Positions 25,329 through 39,275 of a DNA stretch of 64,000 bases are shown here, in pieces. Positions within the stretch are counted from its first letter, which is position 1. Every line of letters begins with the position of its first letter. Source of the DNA: the human T2T-CHM13v2.0 reference genome, Homo sapiens; assembly GCF_009914755.1 (NCBI RefSeq), contig NC_060929.1; one strand, given 5' to 3'. Under the pieces are notes generated by a model. That model was not told the DNA's origin. It searched no databases and worked only from the letters and a program-made list of their open reading frames with translations. A program made the translations under genes and the position numbers.

Positions 25329-26494
25329 CTCTAGGGTCTCTTCCAACTCTTTGACACTAACTAACCTCTATGTTCCTCAACCTTAAGTGTTTAATCCTTG
25401 CTTCGGGGGCTAAACTGTTTCAGCACCTACCTTTGACTGGCTTAATTAAAATGGTCAGACATTCTGGTGTATAACAATCTTTCTTTGAATGGCTGAAGCA
25501 GAGAGGAGGAGAAATGCCAAATTCCCCCAATAATTGGTCCTTGGAGAAAAGAGAGAAGTGAGCACAGGTAATTGGAAGCCTACAAGGTACATGGCACTGG
25601 CAACCCCAGAATTATTTTGAGCTGCAGTTAGCAGCATACCTAGGTGATTACTACTTGGATATTTCAGTGTTTCCCAAGTGTAGCTGGAATGTGTGGCTCT
25701 GATTGGTTTTCCAGCTGGAAATGTTACAGAAACAGGAAGATTTCTGCTTTCAAGTGTCTTGTTGCATCCTGCCTCTGCTTGGCAGAAGCTCTGGTCTGAC
25801 AGTCATGTACATCTCTTCCGCTGTGCTTTAGGATGGACATGAGTAATTTAGGGTGAGCTACAGCAACACTCACAGAATCACCCCCACAACAAAAAAGGCC
25901 ACCCCCAAATACACCCTGTGTGGTTTTACTATGGACAATCACAGGGCCATCAGCTGGAAACAGGTGGTAGAGAAGATTTTAAAGGTAGGCTTTTGTAGAT
26001 ACCCATTGATGTGATATGATTTTTTCAGGGTCCCTGCCTTTTCTGAATATCTCTTCATTGGCCTCTCAAAAGTACCATGGGCTAAGGCATCATGCTCTTA
26101 TATTTCCTATTGGAATGCATAAGCATTTTATCCTAGAAGTAAGACAGGAATTGACTTGTGATCAATAGTGTTTATATTCCTGCACCCAGATTAGAAACTC
26201 TCCCAGGGCAGAGAGTCTTTTTATATTTTTGTGTGTTCTCAGGGCTTGGCAAAGAGTAGGGGGTAATGGTGGTGGTATAATAGTGTTGATAGTAATCATC
26301 ATAATGGCTATCTTTTTTTAAAAGAGAAGTTGTTTATTATAAACAGAAAGGGCAGGGCTTCCAAGAGAAGTTAGGAGAATTTTGAGAGGGAAAGAAACCT
26401 TGTAATGACCCACAGATGCCATCAAATGCGGACCCAGTTAGGACTGCACAGCAAATAATTTTGAGCAGCTGGAAAGCACCGGGTCTATGAATGA

Positions 26495-26847
26495 GACTTA
26501 GTCTATTTCTGCTACTACAACAAAATACCTTAGACTTGGTAATTTATAAAAAACAGAAATTTGTTTCTTACAGTTCTGGAGGCTGGGGAGTCCAAGATAA
26601 AAACACCAGCATTTGCTGTCTGGTAAGTGCCTTTTTGCTGCAAACTCACGTGGCAGAAAGAGCAAATGCTGTGTTCTCACATGATGGAAGGACGAAAAGG
26701 GACAAACAGATTCCCTTAAGCCCTTGTATAAGGGCACGAATCCCATTCATGAGGGCAGAGTCTTCATGATCTAATCACCTCCTAAAGGCCCCACCCTTAA
26801 TATTATTGCAGTAGGAATTCATTCTCAAATTGAAGTTTGGAGGGAGA
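26495..26847 (-). mobile_element. MST (MSTD-like) MaLR LTR
   Basis: CTTAGTCTATTTCTGCTACTACAACAAAATACCTTAGACTTGGTAATTTATAAA...AATCCCATTCATGAGGGCAGAG...CTAATCACCTCCTAAAGGCCCCACC. Confidence 0.88.
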
Positions 26848-27869
26848 AAGGGAAAGATCTAAAGTAGATTAGAAGCCTCTGAAACAAATTAAATAGAGCT
26901 GAAGACAAACCATGCCTGGTTAGAAGTTTTACCTAAAGCTTGGGAAACAAACAGAGAGAACAAAGGTGACCCTATACCTGAACAGAGAACCAGGTCACAT
27001 TCCCAGAAACCAAGAAGATGAGCTCTTTCTAGAGAGGTTTGTGTGTCAATTAATGGGTGATTGATTTAAACTGCAAGGAGAGATCATGTGTTCTAAGGCA
27101 TCCTTATTAAACTCTGGCAATTGAGCAGCAGGGAAGAACAAAATGTGCAGATTATCTAAAAGCTAAATGGTGATAGCTTCAACTCTTTGTACCTTCAAGA
27201 AAGCCAGTACTTTGAAGTTGTTGTAGCATCAATCCAGCATCAAGCTCCTCACCACAGTCAAAATCAGAGAATGTATTCTGTTTTTACAGGGCAGCAAAAT
27301 AGATATTTCACAGCGACTCTTGACTTGTTAAACTAGCCTCATCTCTAAGCTTTCCAAATAACAGCCAATAAGACGGCAACAACAAAAGCTCCTGGAATGA
27401 AACCAAACTATTGTTTGAGGAGCAATGTCCAGGCCTGGACACCTCCCTGGGTACTGAGCTGATAAGGACAGTAGTAACGAGGCAGCTTTCATATTAAGTA
27501 TCAGCCAGGGCAGGTACATTCTAGGGGTCCAACGCACTTCCCAGGTGCCCAGAAGCACACCTTCAAGCAACTTGAAATAGGTAGGTACCCTGGGGACCTG
27601 AGTACTGCTGGCAGACTAGCGAAGCTCCAGAAATAGAACACGTGCAGGCTTCTTTCTAGCAAAGGTTATGGGTTGTCCAGAAAATCCAGCAGGCAAGGTA
27701 AGAATAACTTGGCATAACAGGTGCTGTGGGCAGTTACAAACTGAAGAATAACCTACATATGAGTGTCTACTGAAGAAAGCACAATGTACCTCCCTCCTGA
27801 TGGACCAGAGATGTTACCATCTTCATGAAGGATGCCAATAGCTAATAAGCATCACTAAACACTGCTTTT

Positions 27870-28400
27870 TCCAATAGAAAACACTGTACTAGGAGCCAGG
27901 AGACTTTGGCTGCAGTCCCCACTTTGCCACCAACTTGCCCTGTGAGCCTGGACAAGTTACTTTTCTCTTAATTTCCATGCCCGAGCAGTGAGTTAATGAT
28001 ACCTTCCTTTCCGGCTCCAATTAAGTATTGATGACAGGGCTGGGTGCAGTGGTTCATGCCTATGATCCCAGCACTTTGGGAGGCCAAGGTGGGAGGAACA
28101 CCTGAGGTCAGGTGTTGGAGACCAGCCTGGCCAACATGGCAAAACCCTGTCTCTACTAAACATACAAAATTAGCTGGGTATGGTGGTGGGATCCTGTAAT
28201 CCCAGCTCTCGGGAGGCTGAGGCAGGAGAATCACTTGAACCCGGGAGGTGGACACACCTTTGTACTCCAGCTTGGGCAACAAGAGTGAAACTCTGTATCA
28301 AAAAAAAAAAAAAAAAGTCTTGATCACAGGAGTATTGAATGAAATAATGTCTGTGAAAATTAGACAGTAGAATTCAAATGTAAGTCATTGTTATAATTCA
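27870..28400 (+). mobile_element. MIR split by an Alu
   Basis: GGAGCCAGGAGAC...TTGCCCTGTGAGCCTGGACAAGTTAC before the Alu; AATGAAATAATGTCTGTGAAA after it. Confidence 0.6.
28038..28316 (+). mobile_element. AluSq/Sp-like with ~19 bp right-arm deletion
   Basis: GGGCAACAAGAGTGAAACT diagnostic; lacks GGTTGCAGTGAGCCGAGAT. TSD AAGTATTGATGACAG / AAGTCTTGATCACAG. Confidence 0.93.
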
Positions 28401-28438
28401 ACTGAAGACAGTTTTGTAGGATAAAAGCTAAACTAGTG

Positions 28439-28810
<372 letters not shown>

Positions 28811-31800
28811 CTAAGAAGACAACTTCAAATCATTTGTCTTCTAAATAGTACCTAATGCCATGAAAAGAGCCTGCCAATGCCTTCCAAACAATCCTATTTA
28901 TCACTTGAAAACTCAGGCGATGTGGCTGGAATTGATGAGACTGTTTACTCTATGATTTCCATCCCTACCTTCCCTCCCTAATACGGTACACAGAAGTGGG
29001 TGAGTGTAACTCCTGGCAAATGAATAGACAGGAGTGCCAAATCCCAGGACCAGCTACTATCCCCTCACCTCCATTCCCCTGTCCCAGAATCATACAGACT
29101 CTGAAACTTGCGTGTTTTCCTATAATCTTCAACATGTGCACTCATTTCTACTCCTCCTTTCATAATTGAGTAGTGAAGAAGATAATTTATAAACACTCAT
29201 GCCTCCATGGCTCCAAAAAGAAATTTGAAGTTCCAAAGAGGCATGGAGGCAGAACGTATTTAAACATAACCAGGGGGTGGTGGTAGAAAGCTGCAGGCCT
29301 CAGAAGGAATTTACTTGAGACTATGTGGGCTCTGCCTCTACAAAGTCCAGCTGCTGTGAACTATTCATTTGTTGGCAGAATTTGCACTGAGTCCATGGGA
29401 CAAACATTTTCTCTCTAGAAGTTTCCCTGGATTATCTCTTCAGGCTTTATCATCCATTTATAAGATTAAAAATCATATCACATAAAACTTGACTCTAGAA
29501 ATATGAAACTAACCAATGTTGTTTTTCAAAAGTTCTCTGAAAAATAAAATGGATTATGCAGGAAAATTTTGTAAATGGAAAATATTGCATATTCAGAGTT
29601 TGAGGCAATCCAGGACATTTTAAGCCAGAAAGCAGATGGAATAAGAGCAATATAAATTACTGTAACTGTATTTTGCCAATTGCAAAGTGACTCTAATGCC
29701 AAACAGAACTTCTTCTCCCCAACTTGTTGACTGCATACGTATTTGTTTTTAATTTACACTTGGTAGAGTTTGGTGAGATGTTTGGAGTTCGAATGATAGA
29801 ATCTACAGGTCTAGGGAACACCAAATCTAGCCAAACCACCCACAGAGTATCCAATTAAGGAAACAAGCACATAATGTACAAAAAGGTATTTTCAGTGAAA
29901 AATAATATTCATGCATGTTATATAAGCCAATTAACAAAAACTGTGCCTGTAGCAATTTTTAAGGAATGTCTTACAAATAGGAAGTACGTTAAATACTGAA
30001 CAGAAGGACAAAACTTCATCAGCAGTCCTTCCTGGCCTTGGTGCTCTCAACATGATCTCCAGCCTGTCTCTTAGATGTCTTGGCAGCTTCCCAAAGGAAG
30101 AGTCTTGGCCTCTGGTCGTCAGACTCAGAGAATCCTGACTTTAATCCTGACTCAATTCACTCTAGACCATCAATTCAGGGCTCAGTAAGATTTGTCCAAA
30201 TTACCCTGACTGGAGTCAAATAACGCAGTCCTGTGAGAATCTAACCAGCTAATTTTTGAAAGAGGAGGGAGAGGTTGACACAGATTTTTCACTGCAGTGC
30301 AAATTGTAGTAAAGGGACAATCTGATGACTTCTTGGTGAATCTGTCTCTGCTTCATATTCCAGTAAGGTGCTCGGGCCTTGAGCCATTTCCTTGGGCTAG
30401 GTTTGAGCTAGGATGTGATTTCATCAACAGGCTATTTTTAACCAAGGCAGCCTAGAAACCAGCCTCAGGGGACTCGTGCTGAGATAAATTCACACAAATC
30501 ACTCCCCAGCCCACTGACCAGCAAGACTCCTGCTTGGACAAGAAATCTTGCTCCATAGCCTAAATTATGACAGCCTTGAATTTTCAAAGCCCAAATTTTC
30601 AATGACAAGCCACTTTAGAGTCTGAATGATAAGAATGGAATGAAGATTTCCCCTGCATCTGCAGTCTCTCCTCCCAACCACATAAATACAGGGTAGCACA
30701 GAACTGCATATTCATGATAAAACAAACAGGCACTACAAGGTGTTTGCTGCATTCTTACATTTTTTTTAATAGGCAAGACCTCTTTACTCTTTTACCTCTG
30801 CCCCAAACACATCTTCATACCCCCTTGCCCAGTTTCAAATCTCATGCACTGCCACTATCGGGTAGAAAGACTCAGGAATCAGCATCTGGAAATACATTAA
30901 TTTTGCATGAAAATGGAGGATGATAGCAGAAATTACAAAGAGACTACACACTAGAAGCATCTGTTCATTACAGCATTTTAACGTGCAATTATGGAACAGC
31001 ATGAAGCAGGGTGGATGAGGAGGAGAAGGAGGGTGCCCAGGGAAGGCGCCCTCCACCCCAGGTGTGAAGAGGGCAGGCAACTTTGGAGGGAGCTGGAAGA
31101 GACAAACCAGGGAAATGAAACTGGCTTAACTCACTCAGATGTGGAAGAGCATATGCCCTGATAATGCAGGTGAGGTGAGAGGAATTAGAACTCCCCGTCC
31201 CTAGGAAGCGCAGCGTCGGCCTTCATTCAGATCTCTACAGCAGTGAGAAAGGATGCAAGGACTATTCTTCTGGAATCCCAGGAAGGAAGACTGGAAAGAC
31301 AACACATCTGACCCAGTACCCATGTGCAAGCACTCGGTCTGTGCCAAGCAAATGCAAAGATGCAGACTTTCATACAATCATACACTGTGATCATTTATCA
31401 ATCTCCTTGAGGATTCATAGTCAACACAATGGCATAGTTTACCACAGGCCTCTGCCCTTCAGAACTCAACCAGTCTCTTGGCAGCTGCTTCTAGAATGGG
31501 GGTTGGGGGTGCAGTCCACCACGAGAGCTTTGAGGCAACTGGGCAGCTTCAGGCACCTCACGGCTTCTCCTTCTGAGATAATTCCCACCACAACAAACCT
31601 GTATGCCTACAGGAGTGGCGAAGGTAGCCACCATCCCAGAAATAAATGGTGCATACCATCGGGGTTAAACCCAGTGCTGAAGATTTGTAAATTCCATTTC
31701 CTGCAAAGTTTCTGGGGGAGAAAAGTGGGTGGGGCTGTAGAGTGCAAACATAACAACATTCACGTACCTCAGAGGACGGTGGAAAGAAATGGCTAATAAA

Positions 31801-32580
31801 AATTATTACAAATCACTTCACACACATAAAGTGCTTTATAATAAATACTAATACTTTAATTCCACACTGCTCGTTTCTAGATTTTAAGAGTCAAGCTGAA
31901 AGAGTAAAAGTAGTAAGCTTCATATTCTGTCGTTTTCTAGTTTTAAGCAAAGGAAGAAAGGAAGGAAAGAGAAAGAAAGCCCAAGAAGTCAACTTTTCAG
32001 TTGCTGCTTATGTAACAGGAGCCTGTGAACTGCACCAGAAATTAATTGAAGGAAAAGTAACTGTAGGGGAATTGCTTGGAGAACTGCCAGAAGGGTTTTA
32101 ACAGCTGGAAGTTGAAAAGTGATTAATTTTGACAGCAATAAAAGCCTCATGTTCATACATAATTATGCTTAGATTTGTGGGCTGCTGGAATTTTTTCTAT
32201 GCGCTATTAACCTTTTGCTGTCCAAATTGGAATTTAGATACCTTAAATGAGTCTTGATTTTTAAATTGAATAATAATTTGCTTTCCATGGTATTGAGTCA
32301 TCTCAAGACATGGAAAGTTTCAGGGGAAACACAGTAGAATAACAAGCAGGTAGGAAATAGCTTCACATATCCTTCTGAGTATTTTTGAAACTTAATAGAA
32401 ATAAAGGCATCTCATTTTGCCCTATGCAGGAACAACAACAACAGCAACAACAATAAAGCATTTAGGAAAAAGCATTCAGAACAAGCAGGACAAGATACTG
32501 AAGCAACGGTATGTTGTCAACTCTACAATTCAGCTGAATTCATAGCACTAGGAAATAGAGATAACACTGTAAGAAGATAT

Positions 32581-32989
32581 TCATTATGGTTTAAAGGTCC
32601 CCTCTAAAATTCATGTTGAAAACTTAATCCCGAATGTGGCAGTATTGAGAGGTGACCCCTTTAAAAGGTGATTGGAGCATGAGGGTAGAGCCATTCGTGC
32701 ATTAATGGATTTTCAGGTTAATGGATTAATGGGTTATTATGGGAGTAGGACTGGTGGTTTTATAGAAAGAGGAAGAGAGACGTGAGCCAGCATGCTCAGC
32801 GCCTTCACCATGTGATGCCCTGTGCCACCTTGGAACTCTGCAGGGTCTCAGCAAGAAGGCTCTCACCAGATATAACCCCTCAACCTTGGACTTCCCCATC
32901 TTCGGAACTATAAAAAATTAATTGTGTTTCTTATAAATTATCCAGTCTCAGATATTCTCTTATGAGCAAAAGAAAGTGGACTAAGAAAA
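32581..32989 (+). mobile_element. MSTC/D MaLR solo LTR
   Basis: TATGGTTT...AAAATTCATGTTGAAAACTTAATCCC...ATGGATTAATGGGTTAT...CAGCAAGAAGGCTCTCACCAGA...GGACTAAGA. Confidence 0.9.
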
Positions 32990-33309
32990 TATAATGCTAC
33001 ATTCAAAAATATTGACTAGCATAGGATTAAACTGAGTTCTAGAACTCCAGTACGGCTAATTAGCTACAAAAGCTTAAACACATCACTTAATTTCTCTGTG
33101 ACTTCTCTGTTTCCTGCATAGGAAGAGAGGGCTGGAGTAGATAATTTAGAAGATCACACTCACTCTAAAATCCAATTATTTTAAATAATCTGTTTTGGGA
33201 TTAGCCATATTCTGACTTTTTTTCTCTTAGTCACCTTTACTATTCTTATATCAACCAGTTTGACCAGATAGAGTGAAATCTTGGTAATATAAAATATTTT
33301 CAAAATAAT

Positions 33310-33560
33310 TAGAAATAGCTAATATTTAGTAACAATAATTGCAGTTTGCAAAGCACTATTCTAAGAACTTTATAAATATTTGATGTATATACCTATATAT
33401 CTATAATATTATATGTCAATCCTCACAACCATCATATCAGAGAGGATTGTTATCCTATTATTACAAGTATTACTATTTTTCCCACTTTACAGAAACTGAA
33501 ACAGTAGAGTGGTTACATGACTTCCCAAAGTCGATTAATACCAAGTGGGAATGCAAAGAT
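33310..33560 (-). mobile_element. MIR
   Basis: ATAGCTAATATTTA...AATCCTCACAACC...CCCACTTTACAGAAACTGAAACAG...TGACTTCCCAAAGTC. Confidence 0.7.
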
Positions 33561-33773
33561 TTGGGGAGTTTCCTATTATTCCTAAGAAAATATATGTTAT
33601 TGTAGACACAGTAAATTTATGTCATGAATGGTGGAACAGAAATAAGAACAATGAACCTGAACTCAAAAGAACTAGATTTAGCCTTGGCCCTTTCATTTTC
33701 TGCACTGTTACCTTGAACAGTTCAACTTTCCATTCCAGTTTCCTTACTTGTAAAGTACAGGAGTCATCTAAAT

Positions 33774-33993
33774 CAGTGGCTCTCAAGATGTGGTAGCCAA
33801 ACCAGTGACATCGCTATTATATGGGAACTGGTTAGCAATGCAAATTCTTGGATCCAACCCAATTAAGTTCTTAATTCTCGGATAGGTCCCAGACCTACCA
33901 AATTATAGTTCCTGGGCATTAGGGTCCAGCAGTCTCTATTTTGACAAGCCCACCAGGTGATCACAATGCATGCTAAAGTTTGGAAACCAGTGG
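33774..33993 (+). mobile_element. MER5A inserted in a MIR3-like SINE
   Basis: CAGTGGCTCTCAAGATGTGG...AATGCAAATTCTTGG...CCCAGACCTAC...ACAAGCCCACCAGGTGAT...AAAGTTTGGAAACCAGTG. Confidence 0.85.
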
Positions 33994-35364
33994 CCTAGGT
34001 GATCACTAAATTACCTTCTGATTCTCACATTCTGTGATTCCATCTCTGACTGTCTGGTTTCAGGTCGTTGAATTTCAAACTGATGTGGTTTTGCTCTATT
34101 TAAATACCTCTTCCCTGATTCTTTGTGCCAGAGGATGGGATACCTAATGTTGGCTCACTGGAATGATTTTTTCTTTAGTCATCATCTGAGCATTGCAGAA
34201 GAATGAGGTTACTGTGAATGCTTTCTTACCTCAAGCAAAAGTATAAGATTGAATTCCAAAGCCAGAGCCTCAACAGAATCTGAGTTCTTAATCCAATGCC
34301 ATGCCCCACATGGGGGCTTAATAAATCCTTGTTGCTGCCTGAGGCAAACGACATCCAAGCTATGATTAGCAGCCTGAAGGAGCTGGCATGTGTTTGCTCC
34401 CATATTCCCAAATGTGCCAAAATCAGACCTGCCTGTCTCCTCCAAGTCAAGAGGGAGGCACCTATGGATAGAATGTCCAATTTACCTCTTAATTTAATGC
34501 TCCCATTGCCATAGTGTTACCTGACAAATACAACTCACTTGAAATCAGAAGCCTGGACAAACAAACAATTCCAAAGGTATTCACATTTATTTGAGGCCCG
34601 ATTTTAAATGGGCCTTCACCTTGTTCTCTTTCAGTAACCACCTGCTCTTCAGCAGTGGCAGAGGAACACCTCCAGGTTTCAGGGCCAACCATGATATGAA
34701 TGCCCAATGCCTCATACTTAATAAACCCTCCTGTAAAAGCAGAACACCAGGTGACTGCATACCATGATATACAATACTATAAACAGCAGAAGAGCAAAGA
34801 CTGGTGTCTCTGCTTCCTTTGTATTTCTCATGACACCTCATTAACATAAGCCATTGTTTGCTGGTTTTCTTAAAAAGATACAACTAGAAGAAAGAAGCAG
34901 AAATGCAAATTCCATTGGATTTCAAAATTTTCTGAGAAAAAATAGAAACTTAGGAAAGAATAATATATTGAAAGGAAAGATGGGCACATAAAGAAATATA
35001 AACTTGTTAGGAGTTATAGTTATGAAGCAGGTGGAGTTTCACTCTTTAGAGCCAAATAAGTCTAAGACACATGGGGAATAACTCTACTCTTGTTTTATGT
35101 GAGTGGAAAACCATAAATATTTATTCTAGGCCATCCCAGAGACTAACAATTTTACATTTGGCCATAATAAATATGAGAAGGGCTAAAAAAATTTACAAAC
35201 CATTTCCCAATCCAAGGTTACTTCAAATGATATGTTAGCAAATGCATTACATTCTTTTATTAAAAATAATCTAGGTATAATTTTCCAATTTGATACCTGT
35301 ATATTGTGATAGCTGCAAAAAGAAGTCAAGCTGATATTTTGGGATTTATTCTGGACTATCAGGC

Positions 35365-35520
35365 ACAATCTATTAAGTAGGTGCTATTATTGTCTCTATC
35401 TTACAGATGGAGAAACTGAGGCACAGAGAGGCTAACACAGCCAAAGTTACAAAACTAACTAGCAAATAAAATAGCTTAGATTCAAAACCAGGAACTCTGT
35501 CTCCAGAGTTTATGCTCCTT
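35365..35520 (-). mobile_element. MIR
   Basis: GTAGGTGCTATTATTG...TTACAGATGGAGAAACTGAGGCACAGAGAGGCTAA...GATTCAAAACCAGG. Confidence 0.85.
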
Positions 35521-35554
35521 GATACTCATGTCACTCTTGTTTTATTTATTCTGT

Positions 35555-36445
<891 letters not shown>

Positions 36446-36694
36446 CTCCCCTACTTTGGATATTTGGTTGCTCTTTATTGTTCAATACCTGATTCCCTTG
36501 AACTGTGGGAAGGCACTGTGCTAACAAGTGGGAATAAAGACAAAAACCATAATCTCTATATGGTTATAAATTGCTGAAAGGCTTCATTTGAGAGAACCAA
36601 TTGCATACCCAATTTTAAACAAAGAGGTGAAAGAACTTAAGTGACATATGGCTGAGTTGGCAAATGGCTGTCAACAGAATCCAAGAGGCCTTAC

Positions 36695-36747
36695 CTTGGC
36701 TTTGAGTACACAATAGGTGAGACAAAACAAGCCCCAAGGTACTCAGA
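36695..36747 (-). ncRNA. Candidate 53-nt exon preceded by a 142-nt GT-AG intron (36748-36889)
   Basis: Minus strand: CAG|GTAAGG donor at 36889, CCTTTCTGTCATTTTACAG acceptor at 36748, AAG|GTAAGG donor at 36694. Confidence 0.35.
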
Positions 36748-37319
36748 CTGTAAAATGACAGAAAGGACAAGCCTTGTGTATGTGCTTAAAAATAGAGTGT
36801 ACATTCAGTATTCTCATAGCATTAAGCATACAGAGTTGGTTTATACCCACAAGTAATCACAGTATAATCTAAATTTCTCCAGGCCTTACCTGCTGCTGGG
36901 TATAGATAGAATCATGCAAAAGTAATGACTCAAACTTCCCTGGCACATGTCTGTGCCAGCCCCTGCTTTGTGTTTCTGGGAGTCCCCATGAAGTCCACAA
37001 AAGTACACACAAACTGTCCCAAGCCCACTGGGGTTGCCCCTGCTCTGGCTTGACCCAGAGCTACATAATGGCTTGGATCAGAGCTGGAGGAGCAACTCCC
37101 TCTCCTTCACGTACCCACTGTCACAAGGGTCTGAAAACAGTGCAGCTAGCACCTCCTCTCTCCCTAGGACCCAAACATGTGGCCACAGAGCTGGGCTGGG
37201 CACAGATTCAAGTGACAGTGACTGTGATCAACTCAGTATCTCTTCTCTTCCTCAAATATCACAGCTTGCCGTTGCATCAAATCATCTTGTCTGGCTCTTT
37301 TTCCCTTAGGACAACTGAC

Positions 37320-37800
37320 TAATCACCTCTGTCCTAGGAACTTATTCTTAGGAAGTAGCCAGACACATGGCCAAAAATATGCATTAAAGAGTCAATTACA
37401 GAGCTCTTAATAATGGTTAAGAAAAAAAAATAACCTTAATTTTATCAGTAGGAGACTGGTTAAATGAATTACAGCATATTCATTTTGAAAAATAATAAGC
37501 ATTCATTTAAAATGATGAGGTACATCTACATTTACTGACGTGGAAAGATATGATATATTGTTGAACTGGGAAGAAAGTATGATCTCATTTTTATAAAAAT
37601 ATAAGTAAACACATGCTCACATGAATGTATGTGCATTAATGTGTGCACACACACAAAGAAAAATAGAAGTTATCTTTGGACAACAAGATAAGGGCATTTT
37701 TGCCGTTTTCTTTATATCTTTCTGAAAAATAGGAATGTTTTTACAAGAAGTATGAATTGCTTTCATAATCATAAAAAGATAAAGCCATATCTATTTTGAA
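37320..37800 (+). mobile_element. L1ME-type 3' fragment
   Basis: CTAGGAACTTATTCTTAGGAA...CAGTAGGAGACTGGTTAAATGAATTACAGCATATTCA...ACTGACGTGGAAAGAT. Confidence 0.7.
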
Positions 37801-38448
37801 ATATAATTATTTTAATAAAATAGGCTTTAGTAATTGATCCATTCTTTAGGGTGAAATTGTGGAGGGGTATAAAATCTCCATTTAGCAATATCTTTTAATA
37901 GAAGGAAGGTCTAATCATTTACTGGAAATTCCTGGGTAATGTGCAGGAAAACCAACCTTGACAGAAAGATGATTGGTACTGGACAGCTCCTGAAAAATAC
38001 AGTGAGGCTGGGGAGAAGGGCAGTGCCCCAACAGCGCTATTCCTGGAAGCCCAAGAAATCACAATTTCTGGGAAAAAAAAAAAAAAAAAGTATGCAGAGC
38101 AAAGCAAACACATGGGTTGCTGTATTTTGTGGTTGCCTCTTTTTCGCCTTGGCTCATTTTTTCTATTGGTTATTTTTTTCTAACTGATTAGTAAAAGCTC
38201 AAAGCTTAACAACACCTGGCATTTACATCACATTTTTTCCCTCTATTTGTTTGCCTTTCAAGATTTTTGTGAAATTTTATGACACATAGAAGTTCTCATT
38301 GTTTGTGTGATAAAGTATAACAGTCATCTTTTTTTTTTAATGATTCTTGGCTTTGGTATCTTGCTTGGAAACGCTTTTTCTACCCCCCAAAACACCAAAA
38401 TTATTCACTCATATTTTATTTAACCTATACATTTTTATCTTTTATAAT

Positions 38449-38827
38449 TGTTAAAAGGAAAATTACAGATAAATTAAATTTAACAGAGTTTAACGGAGCA
38501 AAGAACGGTTTGCAAATAGGCACCTCCCCCACCACCAGAATAGACTCAGAGACACTCCAGCGCTGCATGTGATCAAAGAGAATTTACAGACAGAAAAAAA
38601 AAGTGATGCTAGAAACAGCCTGATTGGTTACAGCTCTGTGTTTGCCTTATTTGAACCTGGTTTGAACTATCAGCTGCCTTTGGTTGGCTAAAGCTTGGCG
38701 ATTTGTATGAGTAGGTTGCAGTCTGTTTACACATCCAGCTGGGTTTCAGTTCACTATATATGGAGGAAACTTTAGACCAAAAGTCTCATATGTAAGGAGA
38801 CAGCTTTGGGCTAAACTTAATTTAACA
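38449..38827 (-). mobile_element. MER57-family ERV1 solo LTR
   Basis: TG...CA termini; ends ATATGTAAGGAGACAGCTTTGGGCTAAACTTAATTTAACA (reverse complement of the MER57 start). 4-bp TSD TAAT at 38445-38448 and 38828-38831. Confidence 0.88.
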
Positions 38828-38972
38828 TAATTATTAAATTGATCGAATTTGTGTGTGTGTGTGTCATGTATGAGGTAGTGATATAAATGGTTTGTACCAA
38901 TTGGTTGATCATTCTTCCCAACACCATTTATAGATTTATCCAGTCTTTTTTTTACTGATTAGAAATAATATA

Positions 38973-39275
38973 TTTTTTTTTTTTTTTTTTTTTGAGACGG
39001 AGTCTCGCTCTTTCAACCCAGGCGGGGCTGCAGCGGCGCTATCACTGCTCACTGCAAGCTCCGCCTCCGGGGTTCACGCCATTCTCCTGCCTCAGGCTCC
39101 TGAGTAGCTGGGATTACAGGCGCCCGCCACCGCGCCCAGCTAGTTTTTTGTATTTTTAGTAGAGACGAGGTTTCACCGTGTTAGCCAAGATGGTCTCGAT
39201 CTCCTGACCTCGTGATCCACCCGCCTCGGCCTTCCAAAGTGCTGGGATTACAGGCGTAAGCCACCGCGCCCGGCC
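38973..39275 (-). mobile_element. AluY (Yk4-like right arm)
   Basis: Poly-T21, GCAAGCTCCGCC / GTTCACGCCATT (Y-type). Sense right arm GATAGCGCCGCTGCAGCCCCGCCTGGGTTGAAAGAGCG. No clear TSD. Confidence 0.95.
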
